From assembly GCF_000737315.1 (NCBI RefSeq), contig NZ_JMCB01000023.1, positions 1-64,000 of the forward strand: a DNA stretch of 64,000 nt, written 5' to 3'. The notes beneath the pieces were generated by a model that was given only the letters and a program-made list of their open reading frames with translations, was not told the DNA's origin and made no database searches. Below, in pieces: positions 18,277 to 29,545 of the stretch (the stretch's first letter is position 1; each line of letters begins with the position of its first letter). Source of the stretch: Hyalangium minutum (GTDB lineage Bacteria > Myxococcota > Myxococcia > Myxococcales > Myxococcaceae). The position numbers and the translations under genes are program-made.

Positions 18277-18324
18277 CCGCCGAATTGGCGAGAGGGGCGC
18301 CACGCGGCTACGGTCGGTTCTGCC

Positions 18325-20061
18325 GTGCTCAAGGCCGTCCCCACCCTCCTTCTGTTGCTCCTGGCCGCGTGCGCCAGCTCGCCGCAGCCTGCTCCGTCCG
18401 GTGGCGCGAGCATGGCGTCTCCTACTCCCGTCTCCTCCTCCTCCCAGCCGGTGGACGCGGGCGCGCTTCCACCTCTCCCCGAAGATCCTCTGTCTCAGGG
18501 GCTCTCGACTCCCGTGGAGGTGAAGCGCTTGGACTTCCGTGGCGGCGAGCCCCAGGTGCCCATCCGCCTCATGGAGGGCCGCCCCCACGTCACCTTCTCC
18601 CCTCGCGGGCGGATGAAGCTCCGCTTCGGCGGCCCGGATGACAAGGTGCTGGAGGCCCCCTCCGGCTCCGTGTGGAAGGTCCGCGTCACCCAAGGCGAGC
18701 CCGCTGTGCTCACCGACCGCGTTCAGCTGGGCGAGTTCCGGTTCTCGGACAAGGCCGGGCTCGCTGAGGAGCAGCAGCAGTGGCAGGAGCGCGGGATCTC
18801 CACCCGCGTCCAGGTGATTGGCTCCCTGTATGGCATCGCCGGCAAGGTCATCGACAACCGGCGCTACCTGCTCCTCGTCGATGAGGCCCTCACTCCTAAG
18901 AACGCCGCAGCAAAGCAGGCGGAGCTGCTGCGCAAGTTCGGTGCGCGGACCACCCTCTTCGAGGAGGTGCACATCCCGGCCCACGGCATCCTCGAGGTGC
19001 GCGATGCCTCGGGCAGCGTGGTAGGGCTCGCGCAGGACTCCTTGAACGCGGAGACGCTGGACGCCTCTGGCTTCGACATCCGCCAGGTGGAGTACCACGT
19101 CGGCTACGAGAACCACGGCTTCGAGGACCGCAGCTACCGCGGCGCCCTGCAGCTCACGGTCGATAGCGCCGGAATGCTCGCGGTGGTGAACGTGGTGAAG
19201 CTGGAGGATCTCCTCAAGGGCCTGGTGCCCTCGGAGATCTACGCGCGGGCCCACATGGAGGCCCTCAAGGCCCAGGCCGTCACCGCTCGCGGCGAGGTGC
19301 TCGCCAAGGTGGGCACCAAGCACCTCGCGGATCCTTACCTCCTGTGCTCCGAACAGCACTGCGCGGTGTACCAGGGACGCTCGGGCGAGGCCGCCAGCAC
19401 CACCGCCGCCGTCGAGGCCACTCGAGGCGAGGCCCTCTTCTCCAAGGACGGGCGCCTGGTGGACTCCGTCTACAGCGCCGTGTGCGGCGGCCACACCGAG
19501 AACAACGAAGTCGTCTGGGGCGGCCCCCCGGACCCCAGCCTGCGCGGCCAGCCAGACCTCCTGGAGCCCTCCTCCAAGGTGCCCACGCCCGCGAACCTGG
19601 AGGCGTTCCTCGCCACCTCGGACATTCCAGCCGCCTGCCAGCTGTCCACCTTCGCGCGCCCCAACAAGTTCCGCTGGGAGAAACACTTCACCGCCTCACA
19701 GGTGAACGCCTTCACGGAGAGCCTCGGCGTGGGTCCCATCCAAGCCCTGACACTCTCCGAGCGTGGAGTGTCTGGCCGAGCCCGCGTGCTCACCCTCTCC
19801 GGCGAGCGGGGTGCCACCCAGATTCGCGGCGAGCTGAACATCCGGAAGCTCTTCGGCATGCTCAACAGCAGCATGGCCCTCGTGGAGCCCACGCGCGACG
19901 CCGAGGGCCGCATCACCGGCTGGGTGTTCCGAGGCGGCGGCTGGGGTCACGGGGTAGGGATGTGTCAGACAGGGGCCATCGGGCGGGCCGAGGCCGGCCA
20001 CCGCTACCGAGACATCCTCCGGCACTACTACAACGGTGCCGAGGTGGCCCCCATCTACTGA
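18325..20061 (+). CDS. SpoIID/LytB-domain lipoprotein (putative lytic transglycosylase)
   Basis: Lipobox LAAC; VPSE...EALKAQAVTAR, CAVYQG, YSAVCGGHTE, GGGWGHGVGMCQTGA. Confidence 0.88.
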   Translation: MLKAVPTLLLLLLAACASSPQPAPSGGASMASPTPVSSSSQPVDAGALPPLPEDPLSQGLSTPVEVKRLDFRGGEPQVPIRLMEGRPHVTFSPRGRMKLRFGGPDDKVLEAPSGSVWKVRVTQGEPAVLTDRVQLGEFRFSDKAGLAEEQQQWQERGISTRVQVIGSLYGIAGKVIDNRRYLLLVDEALTPKNAAAKQAELLRKFGARTTLFEEVHIPAHGILEVRDASGSVVGLAQDSLNAETLDASGFDIRQVEYHVGYENHGFEDRSYRGALQLTVDSAGMLAVVNVVKLEDLLKGLVPSEIYARAHMEALKAQAVTARGEVLAKVGTKHLADPYLLCSEQHCAVYQGRSGEAASTTAAVEATRGEALFSKDGRLVDSVYSAVCGGHTENNEVVWGGPPDPSLRGQPDLLEPSSKVPTPANLEAFLATSDIPAACQLSTFARPNKFRWEKHFTASQVNAFTESLGVGPIQALTLSERGVSGRARVLTLSGERGATQIRGELNIRKLFGMLNSSMALVEPTRDAEGRITGWVFRGGGWGHGVGMCQTGAIGRAEAGHRYRDILRHYYNGAEVAPIY

Positions 20062-20244
20062 GCCGAAACCCCACGGGCCGGGGCCGAGCCCTCCCTTGCT
20101 CCCCCCCTCACGAGGGGGCAGGACGCGGGTTCCCCCCTTCTCCGCTCGATTTTCCGTCATCTGAGCGCAAAAATTTTGTGCTCCCCTGTTCTCCTGGCGA
20201 CGACTCGGGAGTAGCTAAGCCAGTCGAGGGTTATCATTCAGGAC

Positions 20245-21492
20245 GTGGCCACACACACACCGGCTCCAGACAGGCGCAGGCGCAGGCGGGAGGGGCCTGG
20301 ACGAGCCCTCGTGGCCATGGTGCTGGCCCTGGTGGCCCATGTGGCCTTCGTGGGGCTGCTGCTGCTGCTCTCGCACCTCCAGGTCAACCTGCCCGGCGGC
20401 GAGAAGCGGCTCACGCGCCCGCCCAGCGCCGTGTCCATGCGCCCGCTCACAGCGGAGCAGTGGGCGAAGAACCGCGGCCAGTTCACACCCTCGAAGTCAC
20501 AGGTGACCGAGCGTCCCCGCGCCCAGGAGAAGAAAGAGGAGAAGAAGGACGAGAAGAAGCCGGACGGCCAGGTGGTGGACGTGGCCAAGGGCAACGAGCA
20601 AAAGGCGCCGGACGCGAAGTACCTGGCCGAGCACGACAACAAGGTCGACAAGGAGACCAAGGCCCGGGAGCAGACGCCCTTCTACCGCAACGCCATGCCG
20701 CAGCGGACCGCGCCCCAGTCTCGCGATGGTGCGGGGCGGGAGCAGATCGAGCAGCCCAAGATGGCGGGCAACAACGGCGTTGGCCAGGACGATCGGCCCA
20801 TGTCGCCACAGGACCACAAGCCGTCCTTCGAGATCCCCGACGCTCACCGCAAGCAAGAGATCGCGATGAAGACGGACCCGGACTCCGGGGGTCCCGGCAA
20901 GCAGGTGCAGAACCGCAACGAGAGCGACGAGGTGAAGGGCAACTCGAAGCGGCTGAACATCCAGCCGGGCTCCGGCGCGGGCGAGCTGGAGGGCTCCAGC
21001 GGGCGGATGGGCTCGCCCGGGCTGGCCACGCTCATGCCGTCCCAGGCGGTGATGGACAAGATCATCGGCTCGGCGCCCAACGATCACCTCCAAGACGCCG
21101 AGGAAGGCGACGGCACCTTCCTCAATACCCGCGAGTGGAAGTACGCCAGCTTCTTCAACCGCGTGAAGCAGAACGTGGGCATGCACTGGGATCCGAACGT
21201 GCAGCTGCGGCGCAGAGACCCCACGGGCGGCATCTACAGCGGCAAGGACCGCTACACGCTGCTGAACGTGACGCTGGACCAGAAGGGCATGGTGCAGGAC
21301 ATCCGCGTGGAGAAGAGCAGCGGCCTGGACTTCCTGGACATGGAGGCCATCGCCTCGTTCCAGCGCGCCCAGCCCTTCCCCAACCCGCCGGCGGGTTTGC
21401 TGGACTCGGACGCCACGGTGCGCTTCTCCTTCGGCTTCTTCCTGGAAATGGGCGGCGGCCCTCGGATGCGCCTGTTCCGGCAGTCCAACTGA
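20245..21492 (+). CDS. TonB-family protein (one TM, long linker, TonB C-terminal domain)
   Basis: Basic N-terminus plus TM; C-terminal VTLDQKGMVQDIRVEKSSGLDFLDMEAIASFQRAQPFPNPP. Confidence 0.82.
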   Translation: MATHTPAPDRRRRRREGPGRALVAMVLALVAHVAFVGLLLLLSHLQVNLPGGEKRLTRPPSAVSMRPLTAEQWAKNRGQFTPSKSQVTERPRAQEKKEEKKDEKKPDGQVVDVAKGNEQKAPDAKYLAEHDNKVDKETKAREQTPFYRNAMPQRTAPQSRDGAGREQIEQPKMAGNNGVGQDDRPMSPQDHKPSFEIPDAHRKQEIAMKTDPDSGGPGKQVQNRNESDEVKGNSKRLNIQPGSGAGELEGSSGRMGSPGLATLMPSQAVMDKIIGSAPNDHLQDAEEGDGTFLNTREWKYASFFNRVKQNVGMHWDPNVQLRRRDPTGGIYSGKDRYTLLNVTLDQKGMVQDIRVEKSSGLDFLDMEAIASFQRAQPFPNPPAGLLDSDATVRFSFGFFLEMGGGPRMRLFRQSN

Positions 21493-21547
21493 CAGCAGGC
21501 CACTCCGCACTCGCGGTCCTGCTCCAGGGACATTAGGTTCCGCTCCC

Positions 21548-22462
21548 GTGGAAGCCTCTGTCCCCCATCGCGTCGACGCCTACGCCGAGCGCAACCGCAA
21601 GGTCCGGCAGGTGCTCGCGGCCATCCTCGTGGCCAACTGGGCCGTGGCCAGCGCCAAGCTCGTCTTCGGCCTGCTCAACCAGTCCGCCTCCGTGACGGCG
21701 GACGGCCTGCACTCGTTCATCGATGGGAGCTCCAACATCCTCGGGCTCGTGGCGATGACGGCAGCGGCCCGCCCGGCGGACGAGGACCACCCCTACGGCC
21801 ACGGCAAGTTCGAGGCGATCGCCTCGCTGGGCATCGGGGCGATGATCGGCATCGGCATGCTGGAGTTGGGGCGCATGGCCTTGGACTCGCTGCTCCATGA
21901 CAAGCACGCAGAGGTGACGCCTCTCATGGCCGCGGTGATGGTGTTCACGCTGGTGGTGAACCTGGCCGTGACCCGGATCGAGCGGCACTACGGAGAGAAG
22001 CTCAAGAGCAACCTGCTGCTGGCGGACGCCAACCACACGCTCTCGGACGTGTTCGTCACCCTGGCCGTGCTCGTGTCCCTGGCGCTGGTGTGGCTGGGCT
22101 TCCCTCGGGCCGACGGGCTGGTGGCGCTGCTGGTGATGGTGTTCGTGGCCTGGGTGGCCTACGGAATCGTCCGGCAGGCGGTAGGCATCCTCTCGGACAC
22201 GGCGCGGCTGGACGCGGCGACGGTGGGGAGCCTCACCCTGAGCGTCCCGGGCGTGCTGTCGTGCCGGGACGTGCGCAGCCGGGGTATGGAGGACAGTGTC
22301 TACGTGGACCTGAAGATCGAGGTGGATCCGCAGCTCACCACGGCCCAGGCCCACGAGGTGGCGGACGAGGTGGAGCAGAAGCTCCATGCTTCCTTCCCTC
22401 AGGTGGTGGATGTGGTGGTGCACGTCGAGCCGGCCCGCACGCCGGGAGAGAGGAGAGCGTAA
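21548..22462 (+). CDS. Cation diffusion facilitator (FieF-like)
   Basis: ADGLHSFID, DEDHPYGHGKFE, ADANHTLSD, C-terminal VVVHVEP. Confidence 0.93.
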   Translation: MEASVPHRVDAYAERNRKVRQVLAAILVANWAVASAKLVFGLLNQSASVTADGLHSFIDGSSNILGLVAMTAAARPADEDHPYGHGKFEAIASLGIGAMIGIGMLELGRMALDSLLHDKHAEVTPLMAAVMVFTLVVNLAVTRIERHYGEKLKSNLLLADANHTLSDVFVTLAVLVSLALVWLGFPRADGLVALLVMVFVAWVAYGIVRQAVGILSDTARLDAATVGSLTLSVPGVLSCRDVRSRGMEDSVYVDLKIEVDPQLTTAQAHEVADEVEQKLHASFPQVVDVVVHVEPARTPGERRA

Positions 22463-22463
22463 G

Positions 22464-22721
22464 ATGACCATGCCCATGTTCGTGGCCGAGGGGATGAACC
22501 TGCGAGACTGGTTCGCGGGACAGTTGCTCGCGGCCCGGCTTGCGAGGGCCGACACCACTCAGGCCGAGCTGCAGAACGGCGCGGAGATGGCGAAGTGGGC
22601 GTACGGCATGGCGCAAGCCCTGATGGCCCAGCGCGAGAAGATCTACGCCGAGGAAGAGCACGCCATGTGGGGCCCGCCTCCCGAGCCCGACGAGCCATCC
22701 CCCGGAAGCAAGCCGAAGTAG
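22464..22721 (+). CDS. Small protein with phage-type GMxLRDxFA...AY..A.AL motif
   Basis: AGGAGA RBS; ATG 22464 one base after the CDF stop; 85 aa. Confidence 0.7.
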   Translation: MTMPMFVAEGMNLRDWFAGQLLAARLARADTTQAELQNGAEMAKWAYGMAQALMAQREKIYAEEEHAMWGPPPEPDEPSPGSKPK

Positions 22722-22818
22722 CAGCGCCCGGCTACCTGCCTGCTCGCGTGAGCGCGCGGACAGCGAACAGCCAGGCATTGGTGTTGTCCCTCGGCAGCCT
22801 GGGCCACACCTTGGTCTC

Positions 22819-23580
22819 ATGAGCTTGCGACTGCTGCGAGGGGGAGTGGCAGCGTGCGGCGTGCTGTTCGCGTCGCTCGCGGGGGCTGCTGAAGAAACCG
22901 AGGCGAAGCAGTTCGACTGGCCGGTCCAGGCGTTCCTGTTGTCCGATGTGCCCCAGATCCAGGAACCGGGCGCCGTGCAGACTCAGGCCTCGCTCCGCCT
23001 GCGGAGCACCTCCGATGGGGCGCAGATCGACGCGCCACTTCAGGGTGAGGTGGGACTGGGGCACCGGCTCCAGTTGGAGAGTGAAGTGGAGTGGAGCCGG
23101 GAGCGCGAGGCGCGCACGCTCGACCGGGGGGTGTCCCAGGTGGGCGTGGGCGTGCACGTGGGACTTCTCGAGTCCGCCGACTCGGGCTTCTCGCTCTCCT
23201 CAGGGCTCGATGGAGAGTTGGCACGGCCCGAGTTCAGTGACGACCAGTGGGCGCTCTATGGCCGGCTCCTCGCCTTCAAGCGTGTGGGCGCGCTGGGATT
23301 GAATGCAGTCCTCCGGCCGGGCTTTGCCCAGACGCGGCAGCAGCAACTCGAGCCCCGTGCGGAGCTGGGACTCGGGGCGGCGTGGGGCTCCGGCGTGCTC
23401 GTGCCCATGGGCGAACTCCACGCGGAGTTAGGGGATGAGAACACCCTGGACGCGGTGGGAGGACTGAAGCTCAAGCCTGGGAAGGTGGTCGAGCTTGGCG
23501 CGGGCGCGCTCGTCGGCCGCCAAGGCGGAGAAGGCGTGTACGGAGCCACCACCTCGCTCATTCTCGACCTGGGCGGCTGA
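22819..23580 (+). CDS. Secreted, probably outer-membrane beta-barrel protein
   Basis: Signal peptide (..LAGA-AEE); alternating amphipathic beta-strand pattern throughout. Confidence 0.6.
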   Translation: MSLRLLRGGVAACGVLFASLAGAAEETEAKQFDWPVQAFLLSDVPQIQEPGAVQTQASLRLRSTSDGAQIDAPLQGEVGLGHRLQLESEVEWSREREARTLDRGVSQVGVGVHVGLLESADSGFSLSSGLDGELARPEFSDDQWALYGRLLAFKRVGALGLNAVLRPGFAQTRQQQLEPRAELGLGAAWGSGVLVPMGELHAELGDENTLDAVGGLKLKPGKVVELGAGALVGRQGGEGVYGATTSLILDLGG

Positions 23581-23646
23581 GACACGAAGGCCGCCTCTCC
23601 CTCGCGGAAGAGACGGCCTCGGTGCTTCACGAGAGAACAGGCACGG

Positions 23647-26541
<2,895 letters not shown>

Positions 26542-26631
26542 AATGGTCCAGCGCTCGAAGGCAAGAGAGAGCCACGGCCGTACCTAACAGCCGGAGGTCG
26601 CCGCTTCATTGCATGGGGGCAGCCTGGCCGC

Positions 26632-27027
26632 CTATCCCTCTTGTTCTTGTTTGATGAGGTCAGCGTAGGCCGCGGGGCTCAGGAGCCCATCGATGTCCTT
26701 GGGGGAGGAAGGCTGGAGCTTGATGATCCACCCATCGCCGTACGGCTCCTCGTTGACGAGCTCGGGGGAAACCTCGAGCTCAGAGTTGACCTCCACCACC
26801 TTGCCGCTCACCGGGGCAAACAGCTCGGAGACCGCCTTGACGGACTCGACGGTGCCAAAGGAGTCTCCCGCCTCGACGGTCTTCCCTACCGTGGGCACAT
26901 CCACGAAGACCACGTCCCCGAGCTGGTTCGACGCGAACTGGGTGATGCCAACCACGGCCACTCCATTGTCAACGCGGATCCACTCGTGCTCCTGGGTGTA
27001 CTTCAGGTTCTGAGGCACGTCAGCCAT
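26632..27027 (-). CDS. gcvH: Glycine cleavage H protein
   Basis: YTQEHEW, GDVVFVD, VESVKAVSE lipoyl-Lys motif. Confidence 0.98.
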   Translation of the reverse strand: MADVPQNLKYTQEHEWIRVDNGVAVVGITQFASNQLGDVVFVDVPTVGKTVEAGDSFGTVESVKAVSELFAPVSGKVVEVNSELEVSPELVNEEPYGDGWIIKLQPSSPKDIDGLLSPAAYADLIKQEQEG

Positions 27028-27058
27028 AGGGAACTCCTCTTGCGCTAGGGGGAGAAAC

Positions 27059-28144
27059 TCAGGGCTTCTTCCAGAAAGGCGTCTTGACCACTTGGGCGGT
27101 CACGGGCTGGCCGCGGATCTCCACGTCGAACGTGGAGCCCTCGGCCGCCAGCTCGGTGGGCACGTAGCCGATGCCAATGGGCTTCTTCACGGAGGGCCCC
27201 ATGGTGCCGCTCGTCACTTCACCCACGCGCTGGCCGTTCTTGAGGATGGGGTAGCCATGGCGGGGAATACCGCGGCCCGTCACCTCGAAGCCCACCAGCT
27301 TGCGCTTCACGCCTGCGGCCTTCTGCTTCTCGAGGGCTTCCTTGCCAATGAAGCCGCCCGGCTTGTCGAGCTTGACGATCCAGCCCAGGCCCGCCTCCAG
27401 CGCGGTGTGGGCGTCGTCGATGTCGTTGCCGTAGAGCGCGTACTTCATCTCCGTGCGCAGGCTGTCACGCGCCCCGAGACCGCACGGCTTCACGCCGTCC
27501 GTCTGCCCTTCCTGCAGCAGCGCGTTCCATAGCTTCTCCGCGTCGTTGGGGGCGCAGTACAGCTCGAAGCCGTCCTCGCCGGTGTAGCCGGTGCGGGAGA
27601 TGATGCACTTGACGCCCGCCACCTCACCCTCGGTGAAGCGGTAGGTGCCCACCTTGGACAGGTCCGCCTTCGTCAGGCGCTGCACCAGGCCGGGGGCCTT
27701 GGGGCCCTGCACGGCGATCTGCGCGAAGTCGTCGCTGCGGTCCACGGGCTTCACACCCTGGGCGCGCTCGCTCATCCACGCGAAGTCCTTCTCGCGGTTG
27801 GAGGAGTTGACGCAGACGAAGATGTGCTCCGGGGAGAAGCGGTAGGCCACCACGTCATCCACGAAGGTCCCCTGCTCGTTGAGCAGGCCCGCGTAGACGG
27901 CCTGGCCGTCCGCGCACTTGGCGAGATCGTTGGAGATGAGCCGGTTGGCCGTCTCCAGGGCGCCGGGCCCACGGAACTCGACCTCGCCCATGTGGGAAAC
28001 GTCGAACAGGCCCACGGCGGTGCGGACGGCCTCGTGCTCCTCGATGATAGAGGAGTACTGCACGGGCATGTCCCAGCCCACGAAGTCGACCATCCGGGCG
28101 CCCAACTTCCGATGGGCCTCGTTGAGGGGCGTGCGCCGGGCCAT
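27059..28144 (-). CDS. gcvT: Aminomethyltransferase (T protein)
   Basis: FDVSHMG, RTGYTGEDGFE, GARDSLRTEM; start ATG 28144. Confidence 0.98.
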   Translation of the reverse strand: MARRTPLNEAHRKLGARMVDFVGWDMPVQYSSIIEEHEAVRTAVGLFDVSHMGEVEFRGPGALETANRLISNDLAKCADGQAVYAGLLNEQGTFVDDVVAYRFSPEHIFVCVNSSNREKDFAWMSERAQGVKPVDRSDDFAQIAVQGPKAPGLVQRLTKADLSKVGTYRFTEGEVAGVKCIISRTGYTGEDGFELYCAPNDAEKLWNALLQEGQTDGVKPCGLGARDSLRTEMKYALYGNDIDDAHTALEAGLGWIVKLDKPGGFIGKEALEKQKAAGVKRKLVGFEVTGRGIPRHGYPILKNGQRVGEVTSGTMGPSVKKPIGIGYVPTELAAEGSTFDVEIRGQPVTAQVVKTPFWKKP

Positions 28145-28183
28145 GAGTCTCTCCTCTTGCGGGGGTGGGAAAAAGGCGGGCGG

Positions 28184-28211
28184 ACTATAGCCGCGCACCT
28201 CTTCCAATCAA
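28184..28211 (-). promoter_or_regulatory. Putative sigma70 promoter of gcvTHP
   Basis: TTGATT (28211-06), 16 nt spacer, TATAGT (28189-84). Confidence 0.55.
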
Positions 28212-28243
28212 GGCATTCGGGAACGGTCTACACTGGGGCTGAT

Positions 28244-29116
28244 ATGAAGATTCGTAATCGGTTGAATCCATCCAACCCCTGTTTCTCCTTCGAGTTCTTC
28301 CCGCCGAAGACGGACGAGGGCACCGCGAACCTGCTGAGGACGCTGGAGGATCTGGCGCCGCTGGAGCCCGGCTTCGTCTCCGTGACGTACGGGGCGGGCG
28401 GCAGCACGCGGGACCGGACGATCGAGCTGGTGACGCGCATCAAGCAGACCACGGGCATCGAGGCCATGGCGCACCTGACGTGCGTGGGGCACACCCGCGA
28501 GGAGCTGCACGACGTCCTCCAGAAGCTGAAGGAGGCCAAGGTCGAGAACGTCTTGCCGCTGCGCGGCGATCCGCCCCAGGGACAGAAGGAGTTCGTGCCC
28601 ACACCGGGGGGATTCCGGTACGCCTCGGAGTTGGTGAACTTTGTCCGAGAAGAGGATTTCACCTTCTGCCTGGGTGGGGCGTGCTATCCGGAGGGCCATG
28701 TGGAGACGGCCTCTCGCGATGACGACCTGCGTCACCTCAAGGCCAAGGTGGACGCGGGGCTGGACTTCCTGATCACCCAGCTCTTCTTCGACAACGCCTT
28801 CTATTTCGACTTCGTGGAGCGGGCCCGCCGGGCGGGCATCAACGTTCCCATCGTTCCGGGGATCATGCCCATCACCAACTACGAGCAGGTGCAGCGCTTC
28901 ACCCGCCTGTGCGGGGCCACGGTGCCCATGCGACTGGGCCTGCAGCTGGAGCGCGTCAAGGATCAGCCGGAGTCGCTGGTACAGCTCGGGGTGGCGCACG
29001 CCACGGTGCAGTGCATGGAGCTGCTGGCGCGCGGCGTGCCGGGCATCCACTTCTACACGCTCAACAAGTCCCCGGCGACGCGGATGATCGTGAGCGCGCT
29101 GAGGGCCCGCTCATGA
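28244..29116 (+). CDS. metF: 5,10-methylenetetrahydrofolate reductase
   Basis: SFEFFPPK, SVTYGAGG, AHLTC, LRGDPP, ITQLFFD, HFYTLN. Confidence 0.97.
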   Translation: MKIRNRLNPSNPCFSFEFFPPKTDEGTANLLRTLEDLAPLEPGFVSVTYGAGGSTRDRTIELVTRIKQTTGIEAMAHLTCVGHTREELHDVLQKLKEAKVENVLPLRGDPPQGQKEFVPTPGGFRYASELVNFVREEDFTFCLGGACYPEGHVETASRDDDLRHLKAKVDAGLDFLITQLFFDNAFYFDFVERARRAGINVPIVPGIMPITNYEQVQRFTRLCGATVPMRLGLQLERVKDQPESLVQLGVAHATVQCMELLARGVPGIHFYTLNKSPATRMIVSALRARS

Positions 29117-29541
29117 GTGGTCCCGGGCTCGACCTCCCCAAGGACGATCCGCGCTACCGGGCGCTGAGACTGGTGCGAGCCCCCGCCTTCCTGCTGCTGT
29201 GCGTGGGGACGCTGAACCTCGTCTTCTGCGTCCTGGCGCTGGTGTCGGCCGGTCTGATCGCCTCGGGAGCGGTGACGCTCTCTCCAGAGATGACGGCCTC
29301 GCTGAAGGAGTACTCGCTGGCGTCCTTCCTGCTGCCGGCCGTGGCCGCCATCATCTGCGGGATCCTGTCCGTGTGGGGCGCGCTGAGCGCGCTGAACCTG
29401 CGCGGCTGGGGCCTGGCCATGGTGGGTGCCATCACCGCGTCCTTCTGCCTGTCACCCACGGTGTGCGTGGGCATTCCCGCCACGTGCTGGCTGATGTTCA
29501 TCCTCAGCCGCCCGGACGTGCGCAAGGGGTTCATGTCCTGA
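29113..29541 (+). CDS. Small membrane protein (3-4 TM)
   Basis: ATGA overlap with metF stop; hydrophobic segments. Confidence 0.7.
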   Translation: MSGPGLDLPKDDPRYRALRLVRAPAFLLLCVGTLNLVFCVLALVSAGLIASGAVTLSPEMTASLKEYSLASFLLPAVAAIICGILSVWGALSALNLRGWGLAMVGAITASFCLSPTVCVGIPATCWLMFILSRPDVRKGFMS

Positions 29542-29545
29542 GCGC

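Noticed and set aside
18153-18330. Integrated element at tRNA-Cys or at the tuf tRNA cluster
   Set aside because: No integrase, and no duplicated tRNA 3' end noticed by eye; a terminator and a core gene follow directly
16876-19686. 936-aa minus-strand ORF
   Set aside because: Only 16876-18027 is a real gene (acyl-CoA dehydrogenase); the extension crosses tRNA-Cys and the SpoIID gene in antisense
28145-28243. Glycine riboswitch upstream of gcvT
   Set aside because: The gap is only 99 nt, shared with metF; the promoter leaves a ~35-nt leader and no aptamer motifs were seen
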